Assembly (NCBI GenBank): GCA_949422855.1
Contig: CASPLG010000005.1
Location: forward strand, 420 to 64,419
Reading direction: 5' to 3'
Length of the DNA: 64,000 bases
From: an uncultured Eubacteriales bacterium
Lineage (GTDB): Bacteria > Bacillota > Clostridia > Oscillospirales > Acutalibacteraceae
Below, piece after piece: positions 39,701 to 48,282 of this stretch; within the stretch, counting starts at the first letter, position 1; each line of letters opens with the position of its first letter. Under the pieces are notes generated by a model, which was given only the letters and a program-made list of their open reading frames with translations, had not been told where the DNA came from and did no database searches. A program made the translations under genes and the position numbers.

Positions 39701-42700
39701 TCGCCGTTATCCTAAACTGCATACTCCCCAGATACGCTACTGTAAAATCACTTTGTGGGAATAATCCGTTCGGTTCATAAAAAGTCATATTTTCTCCACG
39801 CAGCTTAACAGTGTAGACAGCATATTGAATGTTTGACACCGTCACCGTAACGTCTTGCATGGTGTCCGTTATCGTGTAAATCCCTTCAGACGGATATATA
39901 TTTACACCCGGACCCGTACTTACCAATATGTTTGATATATCATATCCCGGATCTGCCTTTATATGGAATTTGAACTTACTGCCCGCAGCAATGACATTCT
40001 TCTCATCAAGTTCAAACGTAGCCTCATAGGAAGTCTCATCTTCCACCGACATGAAAGATATTCCCTCCGTTTTCGGTAAGGTTATCGTTACGGTACGCAG
40101 CTCAACTCCACTAATACTAAGAGTTACATCCTGCGTTACCTCGCTGACAACAACCGAATGTTCGTCTTGATTTATGTTAACCCTCGCTCCACCTATTGGC
40201 TCTGTGGTTATGGAAATCCCACTCTGGCTGAATTTATAGTTATCCGCCGGAGATATATAAAATTTAAATTCTCCATCATCATGATTTATCTGACCGGTTC
40301 TTATCGTCTCGGCTGCATTAGGCTGCGTGCGAAATACCATGTTTTCTCCGTTTAACGTGATTGTATGCTGCACACGTCCTATGTTAGATACCTTAACCGT
40401 CATGTCAGCTGTAACGTTCTGCAAAATATACCCCGAACTTATCTTTTCTACATCTATTTCCGTTGTATATCCCGAAACCTGGAAAGTAGCCTTAACATCC
40501 ATCTGTGAAACATCATAGCCCTCTTCTGCCTCCACCGAAAAGATGAAATTATCTCCGTGACTTACCTTAGCCAGCTCTTCTCTGTTTTTCTCAGTCAGTT
40601 CAACATCAACCTTCTCTCCGTACTTGTCCTTTACCTGAACCTTGAACTTTATCCCTTCTTGACCAATCGGTAAATCTACCAGGTATTCGTTTATTTTTAT
40701 ACCGGTTGCGTAAATGACAGAGTCCCTAGATATATTGTCCAAAGTGTAATTTGCCGCAGCATCCTTTTTCAGACGGATCGCCCCAACCGATTCTATTGTA
40801 GGGTCGAAATCCGGCGCAGACCAATCTGACCCCGCAGGTACCGCATAAACCAGCATATTGTCTTCACTTTTACTGTACTCTGAATCAACGGCAATCTTGA
40901 AACTGTAGGACTCCATGTACTTTTTCTTCACAGAAGATATCGATGAACCAAATCCATCGGTAAACCTTACTCCGCTTATCGTGTTTGGAAACAAAAGTGT
41001 ATATTCCATCTCAGTTAAGTCAGAAACGGTTATATCTATGTCTGAACTTATATCATTTAAAACATATTTTCCATTTGTAAGTCTCAGTGATTCTCCATTA
41101 GCTTTGACTGAGTCTCCTGATAGTGTGTATCCTTCAGTTATTTCGGATATGAACATAAATGTCGACCCGTGAGGTACACTTGGCTGCTCTCCAATAAGGG
41201 GACTGCGAATTACCTCATCTTGACCCCACTCATTTTTTACGACTCTGTAAAATGATAGGTTTTTCTCCAGATATGTGGGGAACGTTATCCTATATTTATT
41301 GAGCTCTAATCCCCTGATTATTACTTTTACATCGCTGTCGACCAGAGGAAGAGTATATTTATTATTTGCCTCGGGAATTTGTATGCCGGTTTTGTCCGTA
41401 TCATTATTAAGATAAACAAACGAGACTAATAATGTGGATTTATTATATTTATAGTCAGGGCTTAGCGTAAATGATAATTGCTCGGTGTTCGTCGTTCCAA
41501 CCGATGCATAATTTTTATCACCGTCCTTTTTCACGTTTATAAGATTATGCATCTGAGCCTGATAAATTTTTATCTTATCATTATCAGGGAACACCTGCAC
41601 CGTCGAACCATCCTCTTTAGTTTCCTCAAGCACAAACTGTACGTCTATCTCCAAATCAGACAGCAATATATCCAAATTCATGCTTGCAGTCACTTTTTCT
41701 ATTGTCTCAATTACTTCCTTTTCTTTTGCTGCCGCACTGTAAAGAACGATAGAGTCACTTCCAGATACATCTGTAGCCATTACCTCTTTAATAAATTTAT
41801 TGTTCCCGGTTGAAGTTATCTTAAGTGCAAGCGTTTGTCCATGCACTAGAGTGATTTTACCGCCGTTTTCCGCCGTCTGCCATAGGGGAGAATCCGCTGC
41901 AGGAGTACCCCTATTTATTACATACTGCACAATTGCATCTACTTTAGGTACCGCTATATCATATTTATTCGGTGTAATACCTGATATCTCTATAAAAGTA
42001 TCGGAATTTACTGTTGTAGTACATGTTTTTTCTGTCACAGTTAGTTCTTTGGAATTCTCTATAAACTTAACAGTAGATAAATTATACTTAATCCCCTCAT
42101 CGGTTGCCCCATTGGTAAATTCATATCTGAATTTAAGTTTTTCTCCATATGGAACACTTTTAATTATATACGCCGATTCATAAGGCGAATATGGAATTTC
42201 CACCTCGTTACCTTCAGATATCACTTTGAAAATATTTAGTACATTATCAATTCCAGTCGTGGATTTATCTATAAAATCATTGTCGCCCGAAATCAAGCTT
42301 ATGTCATATACATCTTCCTTCACTCCGGATATAACCAAAATTGTATCTTCTGTGGGATAGTATATATCTGTTTCATACACGTCATCGGGCACAATAAATT
42401 TCTTAGAATCATCCACGGTGTTTCTTATATTGAGAATTTGTAAAATAGTTCCCCCTTCTCTAACATCAGCTCCGCTTTCGACGCCCTTTGCGCTGTATGC
42501 TTTAACCTTTATATTTTCTTGCAACGTCCCATATAAATTGCTATATCCTTCAACATCACTTTTAAAGGAGAACTTTAATTTAATTGGTTGGCCATAATTT
42601 ACACTAACAGCCATATTGGTTCCGTTTTCATTTTTATCATATGATTCCCCCCCGTTTGTAGAGTAACTCAGGGACTTTAATACATCGCTGGATTCAGGCA

Positions 42701-45700
42701 TTATTACATTTAACTGGGGCATATTTTTAAGGTCTATGGTCACCGAAGCAGATTCGCTGATTGAAGTAACTTGTGCAGTTGTATAATCGTTGGCAGATTT
42801 TATAAAGTCAATGTGTGCACCACTTGTCACATTGTAACTTGCATCCTGTGCTCCTCCATACATAAAACGGATATAAAACTCATATTTATCTTTTAAATTT
42901 TTATTAAGTGTAATTTTATTGTCCTTAATGGGATTACTGTATTCGCCGCTTTTACTATCCCTGTCTTTATAATAATAAACATCCTTAACGACCGGTAAAT
43001 TCAGAGTAACCCAATCAGATGTTATATCTCCATCATTAAACACTTTGGATATATCCATCAAAAGATAGGTTTTGCCCTCTTTTCCCCCCGTAATGCTTGT
43101 TATTTCCGTCAGGCTAACATAGTCCTTATTTGATTCGGCGTAAAAACCCACTATCTTGTCGTCCTTCTTCTCCAGCTTTATGGAATTATCTACTTCTATT
43201 ATGAATTGCAATTGTTTGGAGGCAATCACAGACCTCCTTGACCCATTGTTAATCTGACTGCCAAGTGCACCGTTATTATATTCGTAAAAATTTATGTTGT
43301 ATATATCAGGAAATGAGATTATCTTGCCTAGAGAAATTTCTGAATCCTCACTGAATGTTACATCTACGTCGTAGTTATAGTACTGTGCATCCCCCTCTGA
43401 TAACAAGGTTGTTGTCACCGCATTTCCTCCCGCAGAAAATTCTACATTTCCTGCCTCATCCGTGCTAATCCCGCTGTCTGCCTTTTTATATTTTGCATTA
43501 AACTTTTTTGTGTGACCCGGAACCGCCTCAACTACATCCCCGGGATTATAGGCTTTCTCCTTTTCCTTGCCGTCCTTGTCCTTGTAATAGCCGTAAAATG
43601 AGACTCCATCTATGTTGGGGATTGTGATTTTAACACTTTCAGCCGAAACCGTAATATCTTCACTGATATGTGAGATGCTTACAGTGCTGCCTGACACTTT
43701 AACATCTTCGCTCTTTTTACCGTTTATCAAAAATTTTGTCCCCGCAACAGCGTCAGCATCCACGTCAATACCAAAAGTATAATCTTTATCGTAGTTCCTG
43801 TATATTGCATAAGTATTCGCATTCCTGTTATTGTACCGTACTCCTTCCGGCAGCTCTCCAAAAGTAATTGTATAGCCGCCCTTAACATGAAAATCTACAT
43901 CACCACTGGTATTTACATGAAGCGTCAAAGAATAATTTACAATCCCGTCGATTTCAGAGTACTTTTCAACAGTCGCCTCATCGTCCCCTGTATAAAATGT
44001 TACGTTTGCGGCAGGATCTTGCGTATCCGTTACAACTGAAAACTCCCCTATTGCATCTCTTGGTATCTGTGCAACAACCTTATATGTAGTTCCTGTTGCA
44101 AATGGCACTGGCCCCTTCATGTCCTCCGTAGTTATCGGCATAAGAGTTGATGGATCCGACTCATATACCTTTAGATTTTCAACATTACCTGACGGAAAGT
44201 TCACCGTGCTGACACCAGAAAACTCAACCGTAGCTGACTGCAACGTCCTAATACTTATTTCAAATGCGTGAACATCCTTGGTGTTAAGACGGGTAACCTC
44301 TACGTTATTGTCTCCCGCTGTAACCTTGATTTTGCAATCATTGTCGATCTTTATTTTGTCACTATCTAGCTTAACATAAAATTTAGTTGTACCTTTTACT
44401 GCCATACCCTTAGTAAAAACCGGATCATCATTCTTAAATTTATGTTCCTCTGTAAGAGAGTCGTCCGAATAGTAACCCGAAATGTACTCAGATTTATCAA
44501 TTTTTAGAACTTTGTAACTCTCAAGCGTGATGTCGGCACTCTCTTTAACATTTTCTATTTCTATAATTGCAGTATCACCTGAGACGGTCGTATTTACAAC
44601 ACCATTATTTTGTGCCGTAAACTCCAGGTCTCCTTTCCCGCTAAGGGGATCTGAAATTTTCGCCTTAAACGTAGCCGGAGAGCCCAAGCCCGCCGTATGA
44701 TAGCCATTTGCTGCTATCTTATTTCCTTCATTATTTGGATCTTCACCTACATAATATGAAATTCCTTGTTCTTCCGGAAACCTGAAACTTACAAAGCTAT
44801 CTGAGCCTGCCTCAGCACTGAACTGCAAATTATCTATAGTTATTTGATAGTCTCTGCCGCCTTTTTCCCCTGTCTGTTCTTGACTTACAGTATTCCTCCC
44901 AACATTAAAGATTGCTCCGTTTGCAGGTAGAGTTACATTGTCAGCTATCTTAACGTTAAATACAAAACTCGAATTAAAACTAAACATCCGTGAAGTACCA
45001 TTGAGATTTTTTCCGCTGGCATCCTCATAAGCTATTCCCTGCATATTTGGAAACTTAATCTCTATCAGATTATCAATATTGACTTTTGCATCAGATTGTA
45101 CTTCATCTATAATAAAATGATATTTAATAATCTTATGTTCCACATCTTCAATATAAGGATGCTCTTTGTCTCCTCCGATGTAAGGATTGTCAAAAAATTT
45201 ACATTCGTTATTCCCTGCGGACACCTGAAACGTTGTTTTGTCAATCATATTTATTTTATTTTCGTCTACTTCCGCCCAAAAATCAAAGCTCTTGCCCGCC
45301 TTAACACTGCATATCTGCCCATTAAGACTATGGTTAGGATCATTATCCGAAGGTCTGAATGTTATTCCATCAGGATTAGAAAAATCTAAATACATGTTTC
45401 CTCTATCTTTTAAACTCAAATTCAAAGCATTATTACCCGTGTCATCTCCGGTCGGCGTGATGGATATATACCAGGAGCCCTCCCTGAACTCTGGTTGGGT
45501 TGCACTTAAGTTCCCCGTCACAGAAAATTTAACTTTTTCACTGTCATTTTCCCCCGAATAATACATATCATTGTCAATTTTAACTTCTAAATTAGTCGTA
45601 GAACCCTTTGGAATATCAATCTTATTGCTTGTAAATGAGGTGTCTATTAAACTACCTCCCACATAAAACTCAACACCTTCAATCCTGGGCAAAACCAGCC

Positions 45701-45830
45701 CTACACTATTTTCATCCGCAGCACTGCTCAGTTTCGAAAATGCAGTCGTACACATAGTTACAATAAGCACCATCAAAATATATAATTTTCTTGTTCTAAA
45801 AGTCTTATCTATTCTTTTATTAACATCCAT
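36768..45830 (-). CDS. Giant (3020 aa) secreted, C-terminally TM-anchored repeat protein; putative surface adhesin/fibre
   Basis: This is a single uninterrupted 9063-nt ORF with a GGGGGT SD. It has an N-terminal signal peptide (KLYILMVLIVTMCTTAFSKLSSAAD) and about 30 divergent ~90-aa beta-rich modules. A helical segment follows (IAALPDKVTTAEDAAKVVSVSRAYNNLPEDRQKLVTNLDKL), then a further ~110-aa beta domain, a Ser/Thr/Asp linker and a C-terminal TM helix (FLITAIIIALFAIWIFIIL) with a basic tail. There is no LPXTG, SLH or choline/cell-wall-binding repeat. Confidence 0.85.
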   Translation of the reverse strand: MDVNKRIDKTFRTRKLYILMVLIVTMCTTAFSKLSSAADENSVGLVLPRIEGVEFYVGGSLIDTSFTSNKIDIPKGSTTNLEVKIDNDMYYSGENDSEKVKFSVTGNLSATQPEFREGSWYISITPTGDDTGNNALNLSLKDRGNMYLDFSNPDGITFRPSDNDPNHSLNGQICSVKAGKSFDFWAEVDENKINMIDKTTFQVSAGNNECKFFDNPYIGGDKEHPYIEDVEHKIIKYHFIIDEVQSDAKVNIDNLIEIKFPNMQGIAYEDASGKNLNGTSRMFSFNSSFVFNVKIADNVTLPANGAIFNVGRNTVSQEQTGEKGGRDYQITIDNLQFSAEAGSDSFVSFRFPEEQGISYYVGEDPNNEGNKIAANGYHTAGLGSPATFKAKISDPLSGKGDLEFTAQNNGVVNTTVSGDTAIIEIENVKESADITLESYKVLKIDKSEYISGYYSDDSLTEEHKFKNDDPVFTKGMAVKGTTKFYVKLDSDKIKIDNDCKIKVTAGDNNVEVTRLNTKDVHAFEISIRTLQSATVEFSGVSTVNFPSGNVENLKVYESDPSTLMPITTEDMKGPVPFATGTTYKVVAQIPRDAIGEFSVVTDTQDPAANVTFYTGDDEATVEKYSEIDGIVNYSLTLHVNTSGDVDFHVKGGYTITFGELPEGVRYNNRNANTYAIYRNYDKDYTFGIDVDADAVAGTKFLINGKKSEDVKVSGSTVSISHISEDITVSAESVKITIPNIDGVSFYGYYKDKDGKEKEKAYNPGDVVEAVPGHTKKFNAKYKKADSGISTDEAGNVEFSAGGNAVTTTLLSEGDAQYYNYDVDVTFSEDSEISLGKIISFPDIYNINFYEYNNGALGSQINNGSRRSVIASKQLQFIIEVDNSIKLEKKDDKIVGFYAESNKDYVSLTEITSITGGKEGKTYLLMDISKVFNDGDITSDWVTLNLPVVKDVYYYKDRDSKSGEYSNPIKDNKITLNKNLKDKYEFYIRFMYGGAQDASYNVTSGAHIDFIKSANDYTTAQVTSISESASVTIDLKNMPQLNVIMPESSDVLKSLSYSTNGGESYDKNENGTNMAVSVNYGQPIKLKFSFKSDVEGYSNLYGTLQENIKVKAYSAKGVESGADVREGGTILQILNIRNTVDDSKKFIVPDDVYETDIYYPTEDTILVISGVKEDVYDISLISGDNDFIDKSTTGIDNVLNIFKVISEGNEVEIPYSPYESAYIIKSVPYGEKLKFRYEFTNGATDEGIKYNLSTVKFIENSKELTVTEKTCTTTVNSDTFIEISGITPNKYDIAVPKVDAIVQYVINRGTPAADSPLWQTAENGGKITLVHGQTLALKITSTGNNKFIKEVMATDVSGSDSIVLYSAAAKEKEVIETIEKVTASMNLDILLSDLEIDVQFVLEETKEDGSTVQVFPDNDKIKIYQAQMHNLINVKKDGDKNYASVGTTNTEQLSFTLSPDYKYNKSTLLVSFVYLNNDTDKTGIQIPEANNKYTLPLVDSDVKVIIRGLELNKYRITFPTYLEKNLSFYRVVKNEWGQDEVIRSPLIGEQPSVPHGSTFMFISEITEGYTLSGDSVKANGESLRLTNGKYVLNDISSDIDITVSDLTEMEYTLLFPNTISGVRFTDGFGSSISSVKKKYMESYSFKIAVDSEYSKSEDNMLVYAVPAGSDWSAPDFDPTIESVGAIRLKKDAAANYTLDNISRDSVIYATGIKINEYLVDLPIGQEGIKFKVQVKDKYGEKVDVELTEKNREELAKVSHGDNFIFSVEAEEGYDVSQMDVKATFQVSGYTTEIDVEKISSGYILQNVTADMTVKVSNIGRVQHTITLNGENMVFRTQPNAAETIRTGQINHDDGEFKFYISPADNYKFSQSGISITTEPIGGARVNINQDEHSVVVSEVTQDVTLSISGVELRTVTITLPKTEGISFMSVEDETSYEATFELDEKNVIAAGSKFKFHIKADPGYDISNILVSTGPGVNIYPSEGIYTITDTMQDVTVTVSNIQYAVYTVKLRGENMTFYEPNGLFPQSDFTVAYLGSMQFRITANTGYEIDLENGIVFSVKNKQITPGDESSTGVRISKPDKNGVFTVSNVKEDTVINVSGAGKRFYNLNFPTDLVGAKLQKPDGTPIGATEQAEYLSDFSFEVVADTGYNTHAVTVEIDPAESGIVAEVDGGFTIQSVTGDANISIKGIEPNEYMVIYKGEGIDFYKTDGSQVTSSSVKFGESFEFSIKAQSGYNLLRGYKVYIMDDEGNKAFVSLATQSASLPGGTKIEEDGRFTYTVSNVQGNMTILSDSVGKSEYAISLPTSVAGIEFVNEDGQTITSGSMLHGGNFSFKIRAKEGYDISDISVTANQKPIDLVDGKYTIENVTEDIDVNVTGVKATKVYINLKYVAGVTFKDTDDNELSTLKKIEVDNGSDYSFKVSLDESYTQSKDKMTVSLSPETSQLLFERGIYTIKNITQDTDVIVSNVELNTYKINLTEVTGVTYKDAYGTSEIKGEQTVSYGQEFKFMLSPNEGYNLSDVSVSIKGKDGDRTVINPVDGVYSIPNINMDYTVVVENAQRGVCNVEIRSSDGVAVMDTGGNAMESKQSVKYGDSFSFRLSIDTAYDKSVPLVTVKGRSQPISPENNVYTVENITGDTIVEISNVKKNTYKVTFKPTEGVIYRTEKNKDFSGYLEVEYGGTLNFKVALKDEYDASQIMVLLDGNNVLSANGGVYQIVSVGSDCEVSVKYSEKNVEESVIEMIAALPDKVTTAEDAAKVVSVSRAYNNLPEDRQKLVTNLDKLKILQTQTSEIHHESNDVRVSGLDWQIKVNVVPLDGDAESAKRLNEKMERKTVIEHYEISLINSLTGEKYEPQENQKVGVVLPLEVPKGYINTVIVHEKESGSIEYLDVLISNGYAKFETSSFSIFAAAGKKVENYVEEANNVTVSLAGLTDNEEETKKQILGQELSAIVDDDSGISNSTSGTKTNPITGNTVDTTSGGSLWDKMLAWILNNEFLITAIIIALFAIWIFIILHRGEKNKDT
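37645..41300 (-). repeat. 13 clearly recognisable tandem ~94-aa protein modules within the giant gene (protein-level repeats; DNA copies are divergent)
   Basis: Each module follows the pattern [NT].Y.[IV].[FL]P...G[IV].F......(variable)..V..G..F.F.[IV....]GY......V......(variable)..G.Y.I.N[IV]..D..[IV].VS.[IV]. Examples are NTYKINLTEVTGVTYKD...GQEFKFMLSPNEGYNLSDVSV...DGVYSIPNINMDYTVVVENA and SEYAISLPTSVAGIEFVN...GGNFSFKIRAKEGYDISDISV...DGKYTIENVTEDIDVNVTGV. Confidence 0.7.
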
Positions 45831-45877
45831 TTGTGCAGTACCCCCTAAAAATAAGAAATTCGACAGCTTTATTATCG

Positions 45878-45906
45878 ATTATAACAATCAGTGCCGAATT
45901 TTTCAA
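45878..45906 (-). promoter_or_regulatory. Near-consensus sigma-A promoter of the giant gene: TTGAAA-17-TGtTATAAT
   Basis: The -35 is at 45906..45901 and the extended -10 at 45886..45878, predicting a TSS near 45871, about 40 nt before the ATG. Confidence 0.55.
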
Positions 45907-46032
45907 GAGATTTTATATTTATCTGGTTTATTTGTATATTTTATTATCCTAAATTACCATATAACGTATAAATTATACTTATATTCTCATTTTTAATACT
46001 ATATTTTATAAACAATACTTCTATATCTCTAA

Positions 46033-46557
46033 CTAGTTTTCCGGCTCCAGCAAGCCATATGTGCCGTCTTTCCTCCTGTAAACCACGTTTATTTCATTAG
46101 TGTCCTGGTCTCTGAACATGAAAAACTGATGCCCTACTAAATTCATTTGAAGAATCGCTTCCTGTGCACTCATAGGCTTGACTATAAAAGCTTTTCTCTT
46201 AATTATTTCATATGAATCTGTCTCGGCTTCCTCTTCGGGCTCAGCAAAAGTACCGGGTTGACTGCCCCTAAACAACCTTTCAAGCTTTGTTTTGTTTTTC
46301 TCTATCTTTCTTGCAAGAAGATCCAGTGCGGTATCTAGAGATTTATTCATGCTCTCACTCACGCTTTCAGTACGATACACCCTCCCGTTATGCCTAACCG
46401 TTATCTCGACACATTGAGAATTTTTCTCTACAGTCACTTTAACATTGGCTGTTGCTTCTTCACCAAATATTCGGTCGAACCTCGATAGCTTCTTCTCCAC
46501 TAACTGTTTAAAATCATCACTGACTCTTGCTTTTAAATCTGTTATTATAACATTCAT
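46033..46557 (-). CDS. hpf: Ribosome hibernation promoting factor, long form
   Basis: The product has an S30AE/YfiA N-domain (KL.RFDRIFG...A.V.V......Q.VEITV) plus the C-terminal dimerisation domain (KPM..EEAILQMNLVGHQFFMFRD..T.EINVVYRRKDG.YGLLEP). Confidence 0.9.
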   Translation of the reverse strand: MNVIITDLKARVSDDFKQLVEKKLSRFDRIFGEEATANVKVTVEKNSQCVEITVRHNGRVYRTESVSESMNKSLDTALDLLARKIEKNKTKLERLFRGSQPGTFAEPEEEAETDSYEIIKRKAFIVKPMSAQEAILQMNLVGHQFFMFRDQDTNEINVVYRRKDGTYGLLEPEN

Positions 46558-46669
46558 GATATTCCCTCCATAAAATACTATATATTGTATAATAACACAA
46601 AATTTTGGGAAATAACATTAAATAAAAAATATTTAATGATGTAAATATCAGCACAAAAGCCCTATATCC

Positions 46670-47113
46670 TTAATATAATTTAAAAATCCAAGCTATAATT
46701 CCGTAAACTACCGACGACGTTATGCCAAAAACCAGAACCGGTCCTGCTATGGTAAACATCTTTGCTCCCAACCCCAAAATCTGACCTTCACTTTTGAACT
46801 CTATAGCTGGAGAAACTATCGAATTTGCAAATCCTGTTATTGGAACAAGCGTCCCCGCACCTGCATGTTTCGCTATTTTATCGTACACTTGCAGAACCGT
46901 AAGTAAAATCCCCAGAAATATCAGAGTAACGGATAAAAGCGATTTTGAATCCTTTTGACTTATGCCTATCGACATATAAAAATTCTGTATTCCCTGACCT
47001 ATAGTGCAAATTATCCCCCCCGATAAAAATGCTAATCCCATGTTCTTCCATATTGGGCTGTTCGGTGCAGCCTTATCAGACATTTTTGAATATTCTTCTT
47101 TACTTACTTCCAT
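46670..47113 (-). CDS. spoVAC: Stage V sporulation protein AC
   Basis: The 147-aa product has 4 TM helices. AFLSGGIICTIGQGIQNFY and GAGTLVPITGFANSIVSPAIEFKSEG..LG match B. subtilis SpoVAC closely. Confidence 0.8.
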   Translation of the reverse strand: MEVSKEEYSKMSDKAAPNSPIWKNMGLAFLSGGIICTIGQGIQNFYMSIGISQKDSKSLLSVTLIFLGILLTVLQVYDKIAKHAGAGTLVPITGFANSIVSPAIEFKSEGQILGLGAKMFTIAGPVLVFGITSSVVYGIIAWIFKLY

Positions 47114-47137
47114 TTAAAATCACTTCCCTTATTTTAA

Positions 47138-47165
47138 ATTATCCCCAATTTTGACATTTATATAC
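47138..47165 (-). promoter_or_regulatory. Candidate forespore-type (sigma-F/G-like) promoter upstream of spoVAC: GTATA-14-GGGGATAAT
   Basis: Read on the minus strand about 25-50 nt upstream of the spoVAC ATG. It resembles the B. subtilis sigma-F pattern (GCATA/GTATA ... GGnnAnAnT). The call rests on the motif alone. Confidence 0.3.
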
Positions 47166-47237
47166 CTTTCTATTGACTTTATACTCTTATGAGGGTTAAA
47201 TAATATATAATGATTATATTTTTTAGGGGCTTTGCTA

Positions 47238-48260
47238 ATGAACCATAAATATAAAATAAAAAAAATACTGTTACCGTTATTCTTCGTTCTGACGGCAGTA
47301 TTTCTGTCTGCACTCTGGATAAAAAATGTGTTTAATCGGAATAATGCCGAACTTTCTGTAATTATACCTGTATATAATGTCTCACAATACCTGCCAAGAT
47401 GTCTGGACAGCCTTACAAACCAAACTTTTAACGATATTGAAATAATATGCGTAAATGATGGTTCAAAGGATGACTCCCTCGAAATATTAAATAGCTACTC
47501 CCAAAAAGATAGCAGAATAATTGTTATTGATAAGGAAAATGCAGGTGTATCTTCTGCGAGAAATACCGGGATAAGAGCCTCGCACGGTAAATATCTGACA
47601 TTCGTCGACCCCGATGACTATATCGATACCTGTACCTACGAAAAATGTATGGACAAGCTCAATAAAACAAATGCAGATGTTTTAGTTTTTGACTATATAA
47701 TCGAGCCGGGGGATAAACAACCAATAAAACTCTCAGATAAAGAATATTCAGACCCATTTGAAGCAATCGGCGACCCCGATATAAATACCGGATTCATCTG
47801 GAATAAAATTTTCAGACGTTCAACCGTGGTCGAAAATAATATATGGTTTAAAGAGGACCTTAGCTATGCGGAAGATAATCTATTTGTAAATATGGTGCTC
47901 ACAAAATCAAAACTTACCACAACCTCCCCCGCAGTATTCTACCACTATCAGTACCACAGTGATTCATCCGGAAATTCAGTGCCAACGGAAAAACAGTTAT
48001 CTAACGCAATTAAGCGATGTGGTTATATAATAGACTATTATGAAAGTGAGGGGTATACCCACAGAAATAAATGGCTCTTGGATTACTGCATATGTATAAC
48101 ATATGATTACATCAAGGAACTAACAGACCCGGAAAAACAAAAATACTACTCCCAAGAACTGCTCCACATATTAGACGGTAAACTCCTCTCCAAAATGGAG
48201 GAAATTCCGGAAAATGTACGTCCCAAAATAGATGAACTTAGAAATTTTGCATCTCTATAA
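47238..48260 (+). CDS. Family 2 glycosyltransferase with N-terminal TM anchor (copy 1)
   Basis: The product contains LSVIIPVYNVSQYLPRCLDSLTNQTF.DIEIICVNDGSKDDS, D.DD and YAEDNLF. The start is the ATG at 47238. Confidence 0.8.
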   Translation: MNHKYKIKKILLPLFFVLTAVFLSALWIKNVFNRNNAELSVIIPVYNVSQYLPRCLDSLTNQTFNDIEIICVNDGSKDDSLEILNSYSQKDSRIIVIDKENAGVSSARNTGIRASHGKYLTFVDPDDYIDTCTYEKCMDKLNKTNADVLVFDYIIEPGDKQPIKLSDKEYSDPFEAIGDPDINTGFIWNKIFRRSTVVENNIWFKEDLSYAEDNLFVNMVLTKSKLTTTSPAVFYHYQYHSDSSGNSVPTEKQLSNAIKRCGYIIDYYESEGYTHRNKWLLDYCICITYDYIKELTDPEKQKYYSQELLHILDGKLLSKMEEIPENVRPKIDELRNFASL

Positions 48261-48282
48261 ACAATTCAAGGAGGGTAACATC

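Noticed and set aside
39900-40100. LPKTEG within the giant protein was considered as a possible sortase (LPXTG) signal.
   Set aside because: The fifth residue is E rather than G. The motif sits mid-protein at the start of a repeat module, with no following hydrophobic/basic tail. The real anchor is the C-terminal TM helix.
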